In this document: positions 48,599-58,484 of the stretch, piece by piece
Position numbering within the stretch: the stretch's first letter is position 1
How the letters are laid out: each line of letters opens with the position of its first letter
NCBI GenBank assembly: GCA_963764715.1
Contig: CAVXTP010000021.1
Span: 352,001 to 416,000 of the forward strand
Direction: 5' to 3'
Length of the DNA: 64,000 nt
Source of the DNA: an uncultured Acidobacteriota bacterium
GTDB taxonomy: Bacteria > Acidobacteriota > Thermoanaerobaculia > UBA5066 > Gp7-AA6
Notes under the pieces: model-generated
What the model was told of the DNA's origin: nothing
Database searches by the model: none
The model's input: the letters and a program-made list of their open reading frames with translations, nothing else
Translations under genes and position numbers: made by a program

Positions 48599-51042
48599 CT
48601 ATTGAAGGTTGAAAGTCTTGGTGATGAAGACCGCCATCTGGCCGCGCGTGTTGTTCGCGCTCGGACAGTAGTTGCCGCCGCCGCAGCCGCCGGTGATCTG
48701 CTCGGCGGCAAGCTGCTCGATCCACGGGGCGAACGGCGACGAACAAGGCACGTCCGGGAAGGTCCCGACGCAGGCCGGCGGCACGTGCGCAGAGCCGTAC
48801 TTGGCCTTCAGCAGAAAGACGGCCATCTGGTCGCGGCGGACCGGGTTCTGCGGGCAGTAGTTGCCCCCGCCGCAGCCGCCGGTGATGCCGCGGTCGGCGA
48901 GGTCCTCGATCCAGTTGGCGAATGTCGACGGGCAGGGCACATCGGGGAAGTCGCCCGCGCACGCCGGCGGCACGTAGCAGATCCCGAACTTCGCCTTCAG
49001 GAGGAAGACGGCCATCTGCTGGCGCAGCGTCGGCTGATCGACGCCGTACAGCCCGCCGCCGACGCCGGCGGTGATCGCGTTGGTCACGAGGGTCGTAACG
49101 TAGCTGTAGAACTGCTGGACCGGCGGGCACGTCCAGGAAGTTCGAAACGAAGCCTTTCTCGAGCGTGCCGGTCGTGCCGTCGGTGTTGGTCACGACGACG
49201 TCGTTGAGCGAGCCGGCGGCGAGGGGCGGCGAGGTCGCCGTGATCTGGTTGAAGTTGGTCACGACGACGTTCGTCGCCGGCTGGCCGCCGATCGCGACAG
49301 TGGCGCCGGCCCCGAAGTCCGTGCCGGCGATCGTGACGCCGGTGCCTCCGGCCGACGGGCTCGAGGCCGGGTTGATGGTGAACGGAAGACGCTGCGAGAA
49401 CTCGGAGGTGTTGCCCGACGGGCCCGTCGCGGTCAGGCTGACGCGCTCGCCGGGCTGGATTCCGGCCGGCACCGCGATGTCGATGACGCCTTCGCCCAGG
49501 CCGTCGGTCGTGACCTGCCCCGACCCGAGGTACGTCCGGCCTTCGACGAAGTCCTTCGGGAACCGGGCGCACGCGTCGTTGGCGAAGACGTCGAGGTCGT
49601 ACGTCGTCGACGGGGCGGAGTGGAGTATTCCCTGGACGCGCGTGCCGACCGAGGGCGCGTGGGGAAACGTCTGCAGTCACCGCGATCAGCACGGGGAAGT
49701 TCTGGAGCGCATTCGCGCCCGCGTCGCCATCGCCTTCGTCGTTGGCGTTCACGCCGACCGGCGACAGATCGATCCCGAGCCCGGCGTTGTCGTGGATCGA
49801 GTTGTGACGAATCGAGTTGTCGGATCCGCCTTCGATGAAGACGCCGCCCGTGTTCGCCGTGCCGTTGTAGGCGATCGTATTGGCCTCTCCCGGTGCGGTT
49901 CCGCCGACCTGGACGCTTCCAGCCAGAACGTGAACACCCCAGCCGAGGTTCGGCACCGGAAGGAGGCCCGAGGCATCGGTTCCGATGCGGTTGCCCTGGA
50001 CCCGCGCCCCGTCCGTCGGGCTGCCGGAGCCGACGACGACCCCCTCCCCGAGATTGCCGGAGATGACGTTATCGAGGACATCGTTGCCGACCGTGTTGAT
50101 GTTGACGGCTTGAACGCCGTTGCCGAGGGCCAGGGTACCGGTCACGTCGGTGCCGATGTAGTTGCCCTGGACCGTGACGTCGGTGACGCAGGCGCCGCAG
50201 TAGCTGCTGGAGATGCGGATGCCGAGAAACGTGTTGCCGGAGATGATGTTGCGTTCCGCCGCGGTCGCCCCGCCGATCGTCACGTTCGTGACGTTGTAGC
50301 AGAGGATGATGCCCGAGTTCGTGCCCGGGGCAGCGGGAAGAGGCACCGCGGCTCCCGTGGCATTCGGGCCGATGAAATTGCCCTGGATGACATGGCCCGT
50401 TCCTCCGGCGCTGTAGCAGCCGAAGGCGAGCTGGACGCCGGAGTTGCCCGAAATGACGTTGCGCTGCGCGGGGAGCGGGCCGCCGATCTGGACGCCGGAA
50501 CTGGCCTCGACGTCGACGCCGTAGTAGTTGGGCGACGCGCCGATTCCCGTCGGGTCGGTTCCGATGAGGCATCCCTCGATCGTCCCGGTCGCGGTGCCGA
50601 CCTGCACGGCGGCCGCGCGCGCGCGGTTGATCACCAGGCCCCGAAGCGTGAACGAGAAGCTTCCCGAGATCCCGAGCACGTACCCGCCGTTGCCGGGGTA
50701 GGTATTGGTCCCGTCGATCTCGATCTGATGAACGGAATTGTCGGGAAGCCCCGGTCCGTTCGTGTTGGGGCTCGAGCCCGGTTGCGTGTAGCCGTCGATC
50801 GTGACGGGCCCGGTGATCGAGGGAAGATCGGTCACCGGCGTGATCGTATGAACGCCGGCGCCGGGGATGTTGAAGTCGATCGTGTCGGCCCCGGCGGCGC
50901 CGTTGGCGTCGAGGATCGCCTGGCGCAGCGAACCGGCACCCGAGTCGTTCGTGTTGGTGACGGTGAACGTCGCGGCGTGAACCCGCGCATGGAGGAGGAA
51001 TGCGACGGCGAGCCCAAAGCCGATTCGGGATTGGGTTTTCAC
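48599..51042 (-). pseudogene. Array gene 18 with two +1 frameshifts (pseudogene or sequencing error)
   Basis: Family sequence is split across ORFs 49084..51042, 48492..49472 and 48599..49087. Removing one base near 49661-49664 and one near 49125 restores an 813-aa protein. Confidence 0.85.
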
Positions 51043-51112
51043 GAGACCTCCCTGTTTCCGGTGCGCGGGAGTCTATCGCGGCACTGGCGTCATGGGGCCT
51101 CCAAGCCGAACG

Positions 51113-51153
51113 TCCGGGCCTTCCCGGACGGTGATCTCGGCGACCCGGGACCA
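51113..51153. repeat. Diverged duplicate of the 3' region of the PTPS gene (53136-53176)
   Basis: 38/41 nt identical; encodes WSRVAEITVREGP versus WSRVAEVTVWEGP. Confidence 0.85.
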
Positions 51154-51194
51154 CCCCGGCGCCGAAACGAAGCGACCCGGAACGACCCCGGGCC

Positions 51195-52955
51195 TCAGGG
51201 CCCGGCGCAGCCGGCCGTTATGTCTTCGGCGTAGAGCGCTTCGACCCAGTTGGCGAACTGGGACGGACAGGCGACGTCGGTGAAGATGTATTGACACGCC
51301 GGGGGCGCGAACGCCGGGCCGTGCTCGATCTTGAGCAGGAACACCGCCATCTGCGCGCGCGTCACGGGAGCGTCGGGACAGAAGTTCCCAAGACCGCATC
51401 CGGCGGTGATTCCCTCGGCGGCGAGCTGCTCGATCCAGGCCCCGAACAGGGAAGGGCAGGCAACGTCCGGAAACGCTCCGGAGCAGGGGGGCGGCGCGTA
51501 GGCCGTGCCGTGCTCGGTCTTCAGGAGGAAGACGGCCATCTGGGCGCGTGTGATGGCGGAGAGCGGGCAGTAGTCGCCGCCGCCGCATCCCGCGGTGATT
51601 CCTTCCGCGGCGAGCTCCTCGACCCAGTCGGCGAAGAGGCCGGGGCAGGCGACATCGGGGAACTGACCGGTGCAGGGGGGAGGGACGTAGGCGGCGCCGT
51701 GCTCGATTTTCAGGAGAAATACGGCCATCTGGTCTCGCCGGACGAAATCCGCAGCGCAGAAGAAGCGCGGCGGGGAGCCGGGCAGCATGATCCGGTAGGC
51801 CACGCCGAACTCAGTACCACCGTCGCCACCGTGGTAGGTCGTCGAATAGAGCCTCCCGTCGGCGGCCTGCATCAGTCCTGCCTGAGGCGTGCGGCCGTCG
51901 GGGTCGCCACCGAAGTCGTGAATGACCGTGAAGTTTCCGTTCTCGCCGAGCCGAAACACCGTCCCTTTATTGTTCAATCCGCCCTGGTTGGCCGTGCCAT
52001 AGAAGAAGCCGTCGTCGGCCTGCAGAAGCCTGGAGACATGTTGAGACCCTTCGTGGCCGTCGGAGGCGAAGGCGTGAAGGACCTGGACGTCTCCGTCGAG
52101 AGTGATCCGATAGACCCCTCCTCGGTCAGCGCCCGAGAGTGTTCCGATGTACTGCGCGATGAGGTTTCCGCTGCTGGATTGGATGAGCTCTCGGGGGGCG
52201 TTACCTCCGGTGAACTCGTGGAGAACCGTCAGATTCCCATTGAGCGTGATTCGGAAGAGGTTTCCGCTATCGGCGGATCCACCGAGGAAAGTCGATCCGT
52301 AGAGGTTCCCGTCGTCGGCCAGAAGGAGCGACTTCGACGGCAGACTGCCGTCGCTACCGCTGAACTCATGCATGGTTTCCAGATCGCCGTTGAAGTGCAT
52401 ACGAAAGATCGTTCCGTCGCCACCCGTCGGCCACCCGCTGCCTCCGGCACCGGTCGTTCCCCAGAGGTCTCCCGGTTGGGGCTCGATGAGTGAACCGGCG
52501 GGCAAGTCGCCATCCGTCCCTACGAAGGTGTGCACCGTCGTGAAAATGCCGTTCGAGTCGATCCGGAAGATCGTGCCGCAAAGACAGGGCCCGCCATAGA
52601 TGGTCGTGCCGTAAAGATCCCCGTTGCTCGCCCGGAGCAATCGAGCGAGCGGGAAAAACCCCCCCGGGCTGGAGCCGTCGTCATCATTGCGAGTGAACTC
52701 GTGGAGAATCGTCACGGCGCCGTCGCCGTCCATTCGATAGACCGTACCGCAGCCAGCGATGCAGAAGGGGCTGACTGTACCGCCGTCCTGCGACACGCCA
52801 TAGAAGCTGCCGTCGCTATCCTGGATGAGCTCGTCCGGTCCGCCCGGGCCAGGCAGGTCGAACTGGTGGAAGACTTCGAAGGTCTGCCCGCGAAGAGCTG
52901 CGGATGAGGACAGGGCGAGGGCGAGAATCACCAGGCGACCGGCGGTCGGCTTCAC
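51195..52955 (-). CDS. Array gene 19: secreted GloVer-repeat (choice-of-anchor) beta-propeller + circularly permuted SLH module (586 aa)
   Basis: GTG start after RBS GAGGAG. Repeats L..a.DG.lYGtT..GG...GT(V/I)FR....G..tvlH.F; no IPT domain; the SLH module starts and ends mid-repeat. Confidence 0.85.
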   Translation of the reverse strand: MKPTAGRLVILALALSSSAALRGQTFEVFHQFDLPGPGGPDELIQDSDGSFYGVSQDGGTVSPFCIAGCGTVYRMDGDGAVTILHEFTRNDDDGSSPGGFFPLARLLRASNGDLYGTTIYGGPCLCGTIFRIDSNGIFTTVHTFVGTDGDLPAGSLIEPQPGDLWGTTGAGGSGWPTGGDGTIFRMHFNGDLETMHEFSGSDGSLPSKSLLLADDGNLYGSTFLGGSADSGNLFRITLNGNLTVLHEFTGGNAPRELIQSSSGNLIAQYIGTLSGADRGGVYRITLDGDVQVLHAFASDGHEGSQHVSRLLQADDGFFYGTANQGGLNNKGTVFRLGENGNFTVIHDFGGDPDGRTPQAGLMQAADGRLYSTTYHGGDGGTEFGVAYRIMLPGSPPRFFCAADFVRRDQMAVFLLKIEHGAAYVPPPCTGQFPDVACPGLFADWVEELAAEGITAGCGGGDYCPLSAITRAQMAVFLLKTEHGTAYAPPPCSGAFPDVACPSLFGAWIEQLAAEGITAGCGLGNFCPDAPVTRAQMAVFLLKIEHGPAFAPPACQYIFTDVACPSQFANWVEALYAEDITAGCAGP

Positions 52956-53054
52956 GTGGACTCCTCGAGATTCGGTCCGGGCCCCCCGCGGCGGAAGACC
53001 CGGCCGGCTCTCTTTCGGAGAGGAGCCGAGGCTCGCCCCTCCCCTGAAAGGAAC

Positions 53055-53081
53055 CGCGAGAATCCCGGGCCAAACGGGTCA
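53055..53081 (-). promoter_or_regulatory. Related ECF-like motif TGACCC-N12-ATTCTCGCG upstream of gene 19
   Basis: Same first box and spacing as the four-copy motif, with a diverged second box; about 100 nt before the start. Confidence 0.4.
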
Positions 53082-53101
53082 ACGGGCCCGCAACAGCGGG
53101 T

Positions 53102-53482
53102 TTATCGCAAGGGCGGCCGGAACGTCGCCCGGTTTTCCGGGCCTTCCCAGACGGTCACCTCGGCGACCCGGGACCAGCCCAGGGCGCCGGAGGCATCGAG
53201 CCTTTCGGCGAAGTAGCGGGCCAGGTTTTCGGCCGACGTGTTGCGGCCGCGGAAGGCGGCGTGTTCGTTGACGTAGCCGTAGTCGAACTCGGCGGCGATC
53301 GCCGCCAGGGCCTTCTTGGCCGGGACGAAATCGACCGCGAGATCGTACTGCTGGAGCTTGTCGGCCTCGAGCACGGCTTCGACCCGGTAGGAGTGTCCGT
53401 GGAGAGGCTCTGGGCCGCCGGCGTAGTCGATCAGGTTGTGCGCGGCCTCGAAGCGGGCGGTGACCGTGACGCGATAGCTCAT
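53102..53482 (-). CDS. 6-pyruvoyl-tetrahydropterin synthase family (QueD-like T-fold), PTPS-III-type motif (126 aa)
   Basis: C-terminal part of ORF 53102..57109; ATG overlaps the radical SAM stop. FEAAH, EPLHGHSYRV, VDF, TSAENLA and VWEGP motifs. Confidence 0.88.
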   Translation of the reverse strand: MSYRVTVTARFEAAHNLIDYAGGPEPLHGHSYRVEAVLEADKLQQYDLAVDFVPAKKALAAIAAEFDYGYVNEHAAFRGRNTSAENLARYFAERLDASGALGWSRVAEVTVWEGPENRATFRPPLR

Positions 53483-56073
53483 GCCTGCAGGAGCGTCGCC
53501 TCGCGGGTGATCGACATCCCGGCCTGCTCCGCGGGAGGGATCGCGAGCAGGGCCTCGAGGACCTTCTTCGCCGTCGCGGTTTCGCCCGCGGCCTGATCGA
53601 GGTTGACCTCGAAGACGAGGCTTGCGCCCGTCGCGTCGGACTCGAGCGCGAGGGAGCGCAGGGCCGGCATGGACCGTCTCCAGCCGTCGACGAGGGCCTC
53701 GCTCGCGCGGTTCATGTGCTCCTGCGAGTCGAGGCGCACGGCGTAGCGCGCGCCCTTGACGGCCTTCGCGAGGGAAGGCTCTCCGGCCGCCAGCGCGCGG
53801 ACCTCGAGGACCTCGATCCCGTCCGGGAGCTTCGCGTTGATGCGCTGGGCGGCGTCGTCGGGGAAGGGGGAGCGTCCGTCGACGTCGAAGACCTCGTGCC
53901 GGCTCTCGAGCCCCAGCGCGAGGGCCGGACCCATGGAGAGCTTCATGTGCGGGTTGAAGCCTTCCGTGTACCGGGCCGGCAGGCCCGCGGAGCGGATCGC
54001 GCGCTCGAGGACGTCCATCGTGTTGCGGTGAGACAGCAGGCGCGCGTCGCCGGTCTTCGTGAATGAAACGCGGTGGCGGAACACCTGGTCGCCCTGGGCG
54101 CCCCGGCGCGAGGCGGCGGGAAGGTCCGGCATCGCCTTCTGGCGGTAGGCCGCCCCTTTGGCGACGTCGCGGTAGGCGGCGGGATCGCTCGCGGGTGCCG
54201 CCGCCGCGTCGAATGCTGGAAGATCGGTCATCCCCTTGGCGAGTACGGTGTCCTCGCCGTTGCCCGGGACGCCGCAGGCGTAGCAGTGGCCCCACTTGCA
54301 GTCCTCGGTCCGCATCTCCTTCTTCGCCTTGATCAGCTCGATCTGGAGCCAGCGCTTCTTGATCGAGACGTCGAGGACGTCCCACGGCAGGATCTCGTCG
54401 AGGTCGTAGGCCCGCAGGTACGACTCCTTCGGGATGCCCTCGGTTTCGAAGGCCTTCGTCCAGAGGTCGTAGCGGAAGTGCTCGGTCCAGCCGTCGAACC
54501 GCACGCCCGACTTCCAGGCCGTGTGGAGGATCCGCCCGGCGCGCCGGTCGCCCCGGGACAGCACGCACTCGATCTCGGCCTCGCGCGGCTCGTGCCACTT
54601 CATCTTCGCGCCGCGCACGCGCCGGAACCGGTCCTTCAGGTACGCGAGCTTCGACTCGAGCACGTCGACGCCGTCGAACGGCGCCCACTGGAACGGCGTC
54701 CAGGACTTCGGCACGAACGACCCGACGGAGACGTTCACGTTCTTGCGGCCGTGCTTCCTTCCCTGCGCGAGGATGCCTTCGACGAGCGTGACGAGCTCGT
54801 CGAGATCGGCTTCGGTCTCGGTCGGCAGCCCGATCATCGTGTAGACCTTGATGAGGTCCCAGCCGCGGGCGAAGGCGACGTCGGCCGCCGCGATCATGTC
54901 GGCGTTGGTGAACGTCTTGTTGATGACGCGGCGCAGCCGGTCGGAGCCCGTCTCCGGCGCGAACGTGAAGCCGGACTTGCGGACCTCCGAGACGGCGTCG
55001 GCGAGGCCGACGGAGAAGGCCTCCGCGCGGAGCGACGGCAGCGAGATCGACACGCGCTGGTCCGCGAGGGCCGGCGCGAGGCACTTCACGAGCGGTTCGA
55101 TCTGGGAATAGTCGGCGGTCGAGAGCGAGAGCAGGCCGACCTCGCTCCAGCCCGACTCGGCGATGAATTTCTTCGTCATGTCGGCGACGTCGCCCGGGTC
55201 GAGCTCGCGCACGGGCCGGTACCAGTAGCCGGCCTGGCAGAAGCGACAGCCCTGGGTGCAGCCGCGCATCACCTCGAGGCCCAGCCGGTCCTGCACGATC
55301 TCGACCGACGGGACCATGGGCTTCTCGGGGTAGTACTCGGGCTTGAGCCGCGGCACCCACGTGCGGCGCGCCCGTTCCGGCGCCCGCGGGTCGTTTCTCT
55401 CGATCGAGGCGATGCGGCCGTCCTCGCGGTACGTCACGTCGTAGAACGACGGGACGTAGATGCCGTCGACCTGCGCGAGCGCGGCGAGGAGGTCGCGGCG
55501 GGAGAGCCCGCGCGCCCGAGCCTCGCGGTAGGCGTCGAGGAAGACCGGCAAGGCCTCCTCGGCGTCGCCGACGAGGAAGGCGTCGAAGAAGTCGGCGATC
55601 GGCTCGGGATTCGCCGTGCAGGGGCCGCCGCCGAGCACGATCGGGTCCGTCTCGCGGCGGTCGCGCTGCCAGACCGGCAGGCCCGCGAGATCCAGCATGT
55701 TGAGGATGTTCGAATAGTTGAGCTCCGCCTGGAGCGAGAACCCCAGGACGTCGAAGTCGGCGGCCGGCGCGAAGGACTCCGTCGAGAAGAGGGGAATTCC
55801 GTTGTCTCGCATCCGGGCCTCGAGGTCCGTCCACGGCGCGTACACCCTCTCGCAGGCGAAATCCTCGCGGCGGTTGACGATCTCGTAGAGGATCTTCAGC
55901 CCCGTGTGGCTCATCCCGATCTCGTAGGTGTCGGGGAAGGCGAGGGCCAGCGTCACCGAGGCCTTCGCGAGGTCCTTGCGCGTGACGTTGCGCTCGAGGC
56001 CGACGTACCGGCCCGGCTTCTCGACGAAGGGCAGGTGCGGGTCGAGGAGCGGGCGGAGAGAGCCGTATCGCAT
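53479..56073 (-). CDS. TIGR03960-family radical SAM protein fused to a TIGR03936/DUF2344 domain (864 aa)
   Basis: VEKPGRYVG, FPDTYEIGMSH, RGCTQGCRFC (CxxxCxxC) and TFAPETGSDRLR; C-terminal FTKTG..RLLSH...YTEGFNPH.KLS..PALALG. Confidence 0.9.
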   Translation of the reverse strand: MRYGSLRPLLDPHLPFVEKPGRYVGLERNVTRKDLAKASVTLALAFPDTYEIGMSHTGLKILYEIVNRREDFACERVYAPWTDLEARMRDNGIPLFSTESFAPAADFDVLGFSLQAELNYSNILNMLDLAGLPVWQRDRRETDPIVLGGGPCTANPEPIADFFDAFLVGDAEEALPVFLDAYREARARGLSRRDLLAALAQVDGIYVPSFYDVTYREDGRIASIERNDPRAPERARRTWVPRLKPEYYPEKPMVPSVEIVQDRLGLEVMRGCTQGCRFCQAGYWYRPVRELDPGDVADMTKKFIAESGWSEVGLLSLSTADYSQIEPLVKCLAPALADQRVSISLPSLRAEAFSVGLADAVSEVRKSGFTFAPETGSDRLRRVINKTFTNADMIAAADVAFARGWDLIKVYTMIGLPTETEADLDELVTLVEGILAQGRKHGRKNVNVSVGSFVPKSWTPFQWAPFDGVDVLESKLAYLKDRFRRVRGAKMKWHEPREAEIECVLSRGDRRAGRILHTAWKSGVRFDGWTEHFRYDLWTKAFETEGIPKESYLRAYDLDEILPWDVLDVSIKKRWLQIELIKAKKEMRTEDCKWGHCYACGVPGNGEDTVLAKGMTDLPAFDAAAAPASDPAAYRDVAKGAAYRQKAMPDLPAASRRGAQGDQVFRHRVSFTKTGDARLLSHRNTMDVLERAIRSAGLPARYTEGFNPHMKLSMGPALALGLESRHEVFDVDGRSPFPDDAAQRINAKLPDGIEVLEVRALAAGEPSLAKAVKGARYAVRLDSQEHMNRASEALVDGWRRSMPALRSLALESDATGASLVFEVNLDQAAGETATAKKVLEALLAIPPAEQAGMSITREATLLQA

Positions 56074-56103
56074 AGGAACCGGGAATCCTATCGCGGTCGG
56101 CCG

Positions 56104-58464
56104 CTAGGGCAGCTGGAAGGTCTTGACCAGGAACACCGCCATCTGGCCGCGCGTGTTGTTGTTGCCCGGGCAGTAGTTGCCGCCGCCGCATCCGCCGGTG
56201 ATCTGTTCCGCCGCAAGCTGCTCGATCCAGTCGGCGAAGAGCGAGGGGCACTGCACGTCGGCGAACACGCCCGTGCAGGCGGGAGGCGCGTAGGTGGCGC
56301 CGTGTTCGGCCTTCAAGAGGAACGCCGCCATCTGGTCGCGGCGGACCGGGTTCTGCGGGCAGTAGTTGCCGCCGCCGCAGCCGCCGGTGATGCCCTCCGC
56401 GGCCAGCGCCTCGATCCAGTCGGCGAAGAGCGAGGGGCACGGCACATCGGAGAAGGTCCCGGTGCATGGCGGGGGTGCGTAACAGATGCCATGCCGTGCC
56501 TTCAGCAGGAAAACGGCCATCTGCTGGCGGAGCACCGACTGCACGACGCCGTAGTTGCCGCCTCCGATGCCGCCCGTGATTCCGTCCGACGCGAGCGTGA
56601 CGACGAAGTCGTGAAAGGGGTTCGACGGCGGCACGTCCAGGTAATCGGCGACGAATCCGAGGGGGAGGATCCCGTGCGTGCCGTCCGTGTTCGTTACGGT
56701 CAGGTCGTAGGCAGCTCCGGGGGCGAGCGCCGGTGTATCGACCTGGATGTGCGTGGCGTCCGACACGACAAGACCCGTTCCGGACAGGCCCCCGAACTTC
56801 ACAGTCGCTCCATCCGCGAAGCTCGTGCCGGAGATCGAAACGGACACGCCGCCCGCGGGGTCGCCGCTCGCCGGTGTCGACGAGAACGGCAGCCGCTGCG
56901 AGAAGCCGGAGGTGTGGAAAGTCGGGATGGGGAAGCCGTCCTGAAGCGTGTACAGAGTCGTCGTCGCCGTCGCGGTCACGATCTCGTCCGACAGCACGAC
57001 GGGCAGATCCACGCTGAAGGAACCGTTTCCACCGAAGTCCGTCGAGACGGAGCCTTGGCCGATGAACGTGGTGCCCTCGTCGAACTGCCTCGGGAACTCT
57101 TTCGAACACGCAGGGCTCGAGAAAAACTCGAGCGTGACCGTCTGGCTCGCCGGACCGTTGTAGACGCCTTCGACGGTGGTGGTGCTGGTGCCGGGGACGA
57201 CCGAAGTGATCAAGGGGAAGTTCAGGTAGTCGCCGGGCGTGTTCGGGCGGATCGTTCCCGCGGCGCCGATGACGATCCCCAGACCGTGGTTCGAATGAAT
57301 CGAGTTGGCACGGAAGGTCCGCCTCGACCCGGTCGACCAGATCCCCTGGCTGTTGTATGCGATCGTGTTTTCGTGAACCCAGAGTCCGGGGGCGGACTCG
57401 GCCAGGACGCCGGCTCCGCCATTTCCGAGCGGCAGCGTTCCGGTCGCGTCCGTCCCGATGAAGTTCGCCGAGACCTGGGGCTGGACGATGGGACCAAAGT
57501 ATTCGATATAGTTGAACGAGAGGCCGTCACCGGTGTTTCCGGAGATGACGTTGTCGAGGAAGTCGACGAAGATCACCGAGCCCTCGACGCGGGCTCCCCG
57601 TCCGTTTCCGAGCTTCGACGTGCCGGCCGCGTCGGTCCCGATACGATTGTGCTGGACGAGTCCGGACGACACACTGATGAACCGGATTCCCTCCGACGTG
57701 TTCCCCGAGATGACGTTGCCGTCTTCCCAGTTGAGCCCTCCGATCTGCGAATTCGAAGTGGTCAAGAGCTCGACGCCGATGCCGTTGCCCGCCGCGTCGT
57801 GGCCATTGGGCGCCGTGCCGATGAGGTTTCCGCGGATCTGCTTTTGGTTGACGAAGTCCAGGACGATGCCCGCCGTGGAGTTGCCCGAGATGACGTTGCG
57901 CGCCGCCGGATTCGAGTCGCCGATGCGGTCGAGACCGCTCGTGCCCGTGATCGTCACGCCGACGACGTTGCCGGATGTTACGGACCCGGAGGCGGTCGGC
58001 CCGATGAAGTTGCCCTGAATCAGGTTGTCCACCGCAGTCGTCAGCGCGATCGCCGTCTGGAAGCCGTAGAGCGCTAGGCCCTGCACGATCGAGGAACCTC
58101 CGGTGATCGTCAGTCCGTCGGTGCCGCTGCCGAGCAGCTCGATCTGGAGGACCGCATCGTCGCCGAGAGGGTCCGAGTTCCACGCGGAGCCCGGCTGCGA
58201 GTAGCCGTCGATCAGGACCGATTCGATGATGTCCGGCAGCGCCGCGGGCACGAGGATGGTGTGCGGGCCGGCCCCGGGGATGGCGAACGCGATCCCGTCG
58301 GGGCCGGGCGAGGCGTTGGCGTCGAGGATCGCCTGCCGCAACGATCCCGGACCGCTGTCCCCGATGTTCGTCACGGTATAGATGGCGGCCCGGGCGTCCG
58401 GCGGCCCGAGGAGGGCGAGGAGTGCGGCGGCGGCGGCGAGTTTCGGCGTAGGACGCTTCCACAT
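56104..58464 (-). CDS. Array gene 20: secreted beta-helix/IPT/SLH protein (786 aa)
   Basis: Start MWKRPTPKLAAAAALL at 58464 after RBS AAGGAG; full family architecture. Confidence 0.88.
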   Translation of the reverse strand: MWKRPTPKLAAAAALLALLGPPDARAAIYTVTNIGDSGPGSLRQAILDANASPGPDGIAFAIPGAGPHTILVPAALPDIIESVLIDGYSQPGSAWNSDPLGDDAVLQIELLGSGTDGLTITGGSSIVQGLALYGFQTAIALTTAVDNLIQGNFIGPTASGSVTSGNVVGVTITGTSGLDRIGDSNPAARNVISGNSTAGIVLDFVNQKQIRGNLIGTAPNGHDAAGNGIGVELLTTSNSQIGGLNWEDGNVISGNTSEGIRFISVSSGLVQHNRIGTDAAGTSKLGNGRGARVEGSVIFVDFLDNVISGNTGDGLSFNYIEYFGPIVQPQVSANFIGTDATGTLPLGNGGAGVLAESAPGLWVHENTIAYNSQGIWSTGSRRTFRANSIHSNHGLGIVIGAAGTIRPNTPGDYLNFPLITSVVPGTSTTTVEGVYNGPASQTVTLEFFSSPACSKEFPRQFDEGTTFIGQGSVSTDFGGNGSFSVDLPVVLSDEIVTATATTTLYTLQDGFPIPTFHTSGFSQRLPFSSTPASGDPAGGVSVSISGTSFADGATVKFGGLSGTGLVVSDATHIQVDTPALAPGAAYDLTVTNTDGTHGILPLGFVADYLDVPPSNPFHDFVVTLASDGITGGIGGGNYGVVQSVLRQQMAVFLLKARHGICYAPPPCTGTFSDVPCPSLFADWIEALAAEGITGGCGGGNYCPQNPVRRDQMAAFLLKAEHGATYAPPACTGVFADVQCPSLFADWIEQLAAEQITGGCGGGNYCPGNNNTRGQMAVFLVKTFQLP

Positions 58465-58484
58465 GGGCTTGCCCTTCTCCTTCA

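Noticed and set aside
3235-51042. Integron cassette array
   Set aside because: Most intergenic gaps are 8-40 nt with no attC-like structure, the 64-bp element lacks proper RYYYAAC/GTTRRRY ends, and no intI is present.
53005-53028. Hairpin with a GAAA/TTCG loop in the gene 19 leader as a c-di-GMP riboswitch
   Set aside because: Lacks the GGCAAA...GACGCAAA core; more likely a plain stem-loop downstream of the PTPS gene.
53102-53482. Gene symbol queD
   Set aside because: The catalytic Cys motif is absent and no other que genes are nearby; the PTPS-III motif fits better.
3235-57109. Apparent giant proteins (1617, 1486, 1505, 2321 and 1335 aa ORFs)
   Set aside because: Their Arg-rich N-terminal parts are off-frame readings of the upstream gene. 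Each has an internal RBS and start (with a signal peptide in the array genes) marking the real gene.
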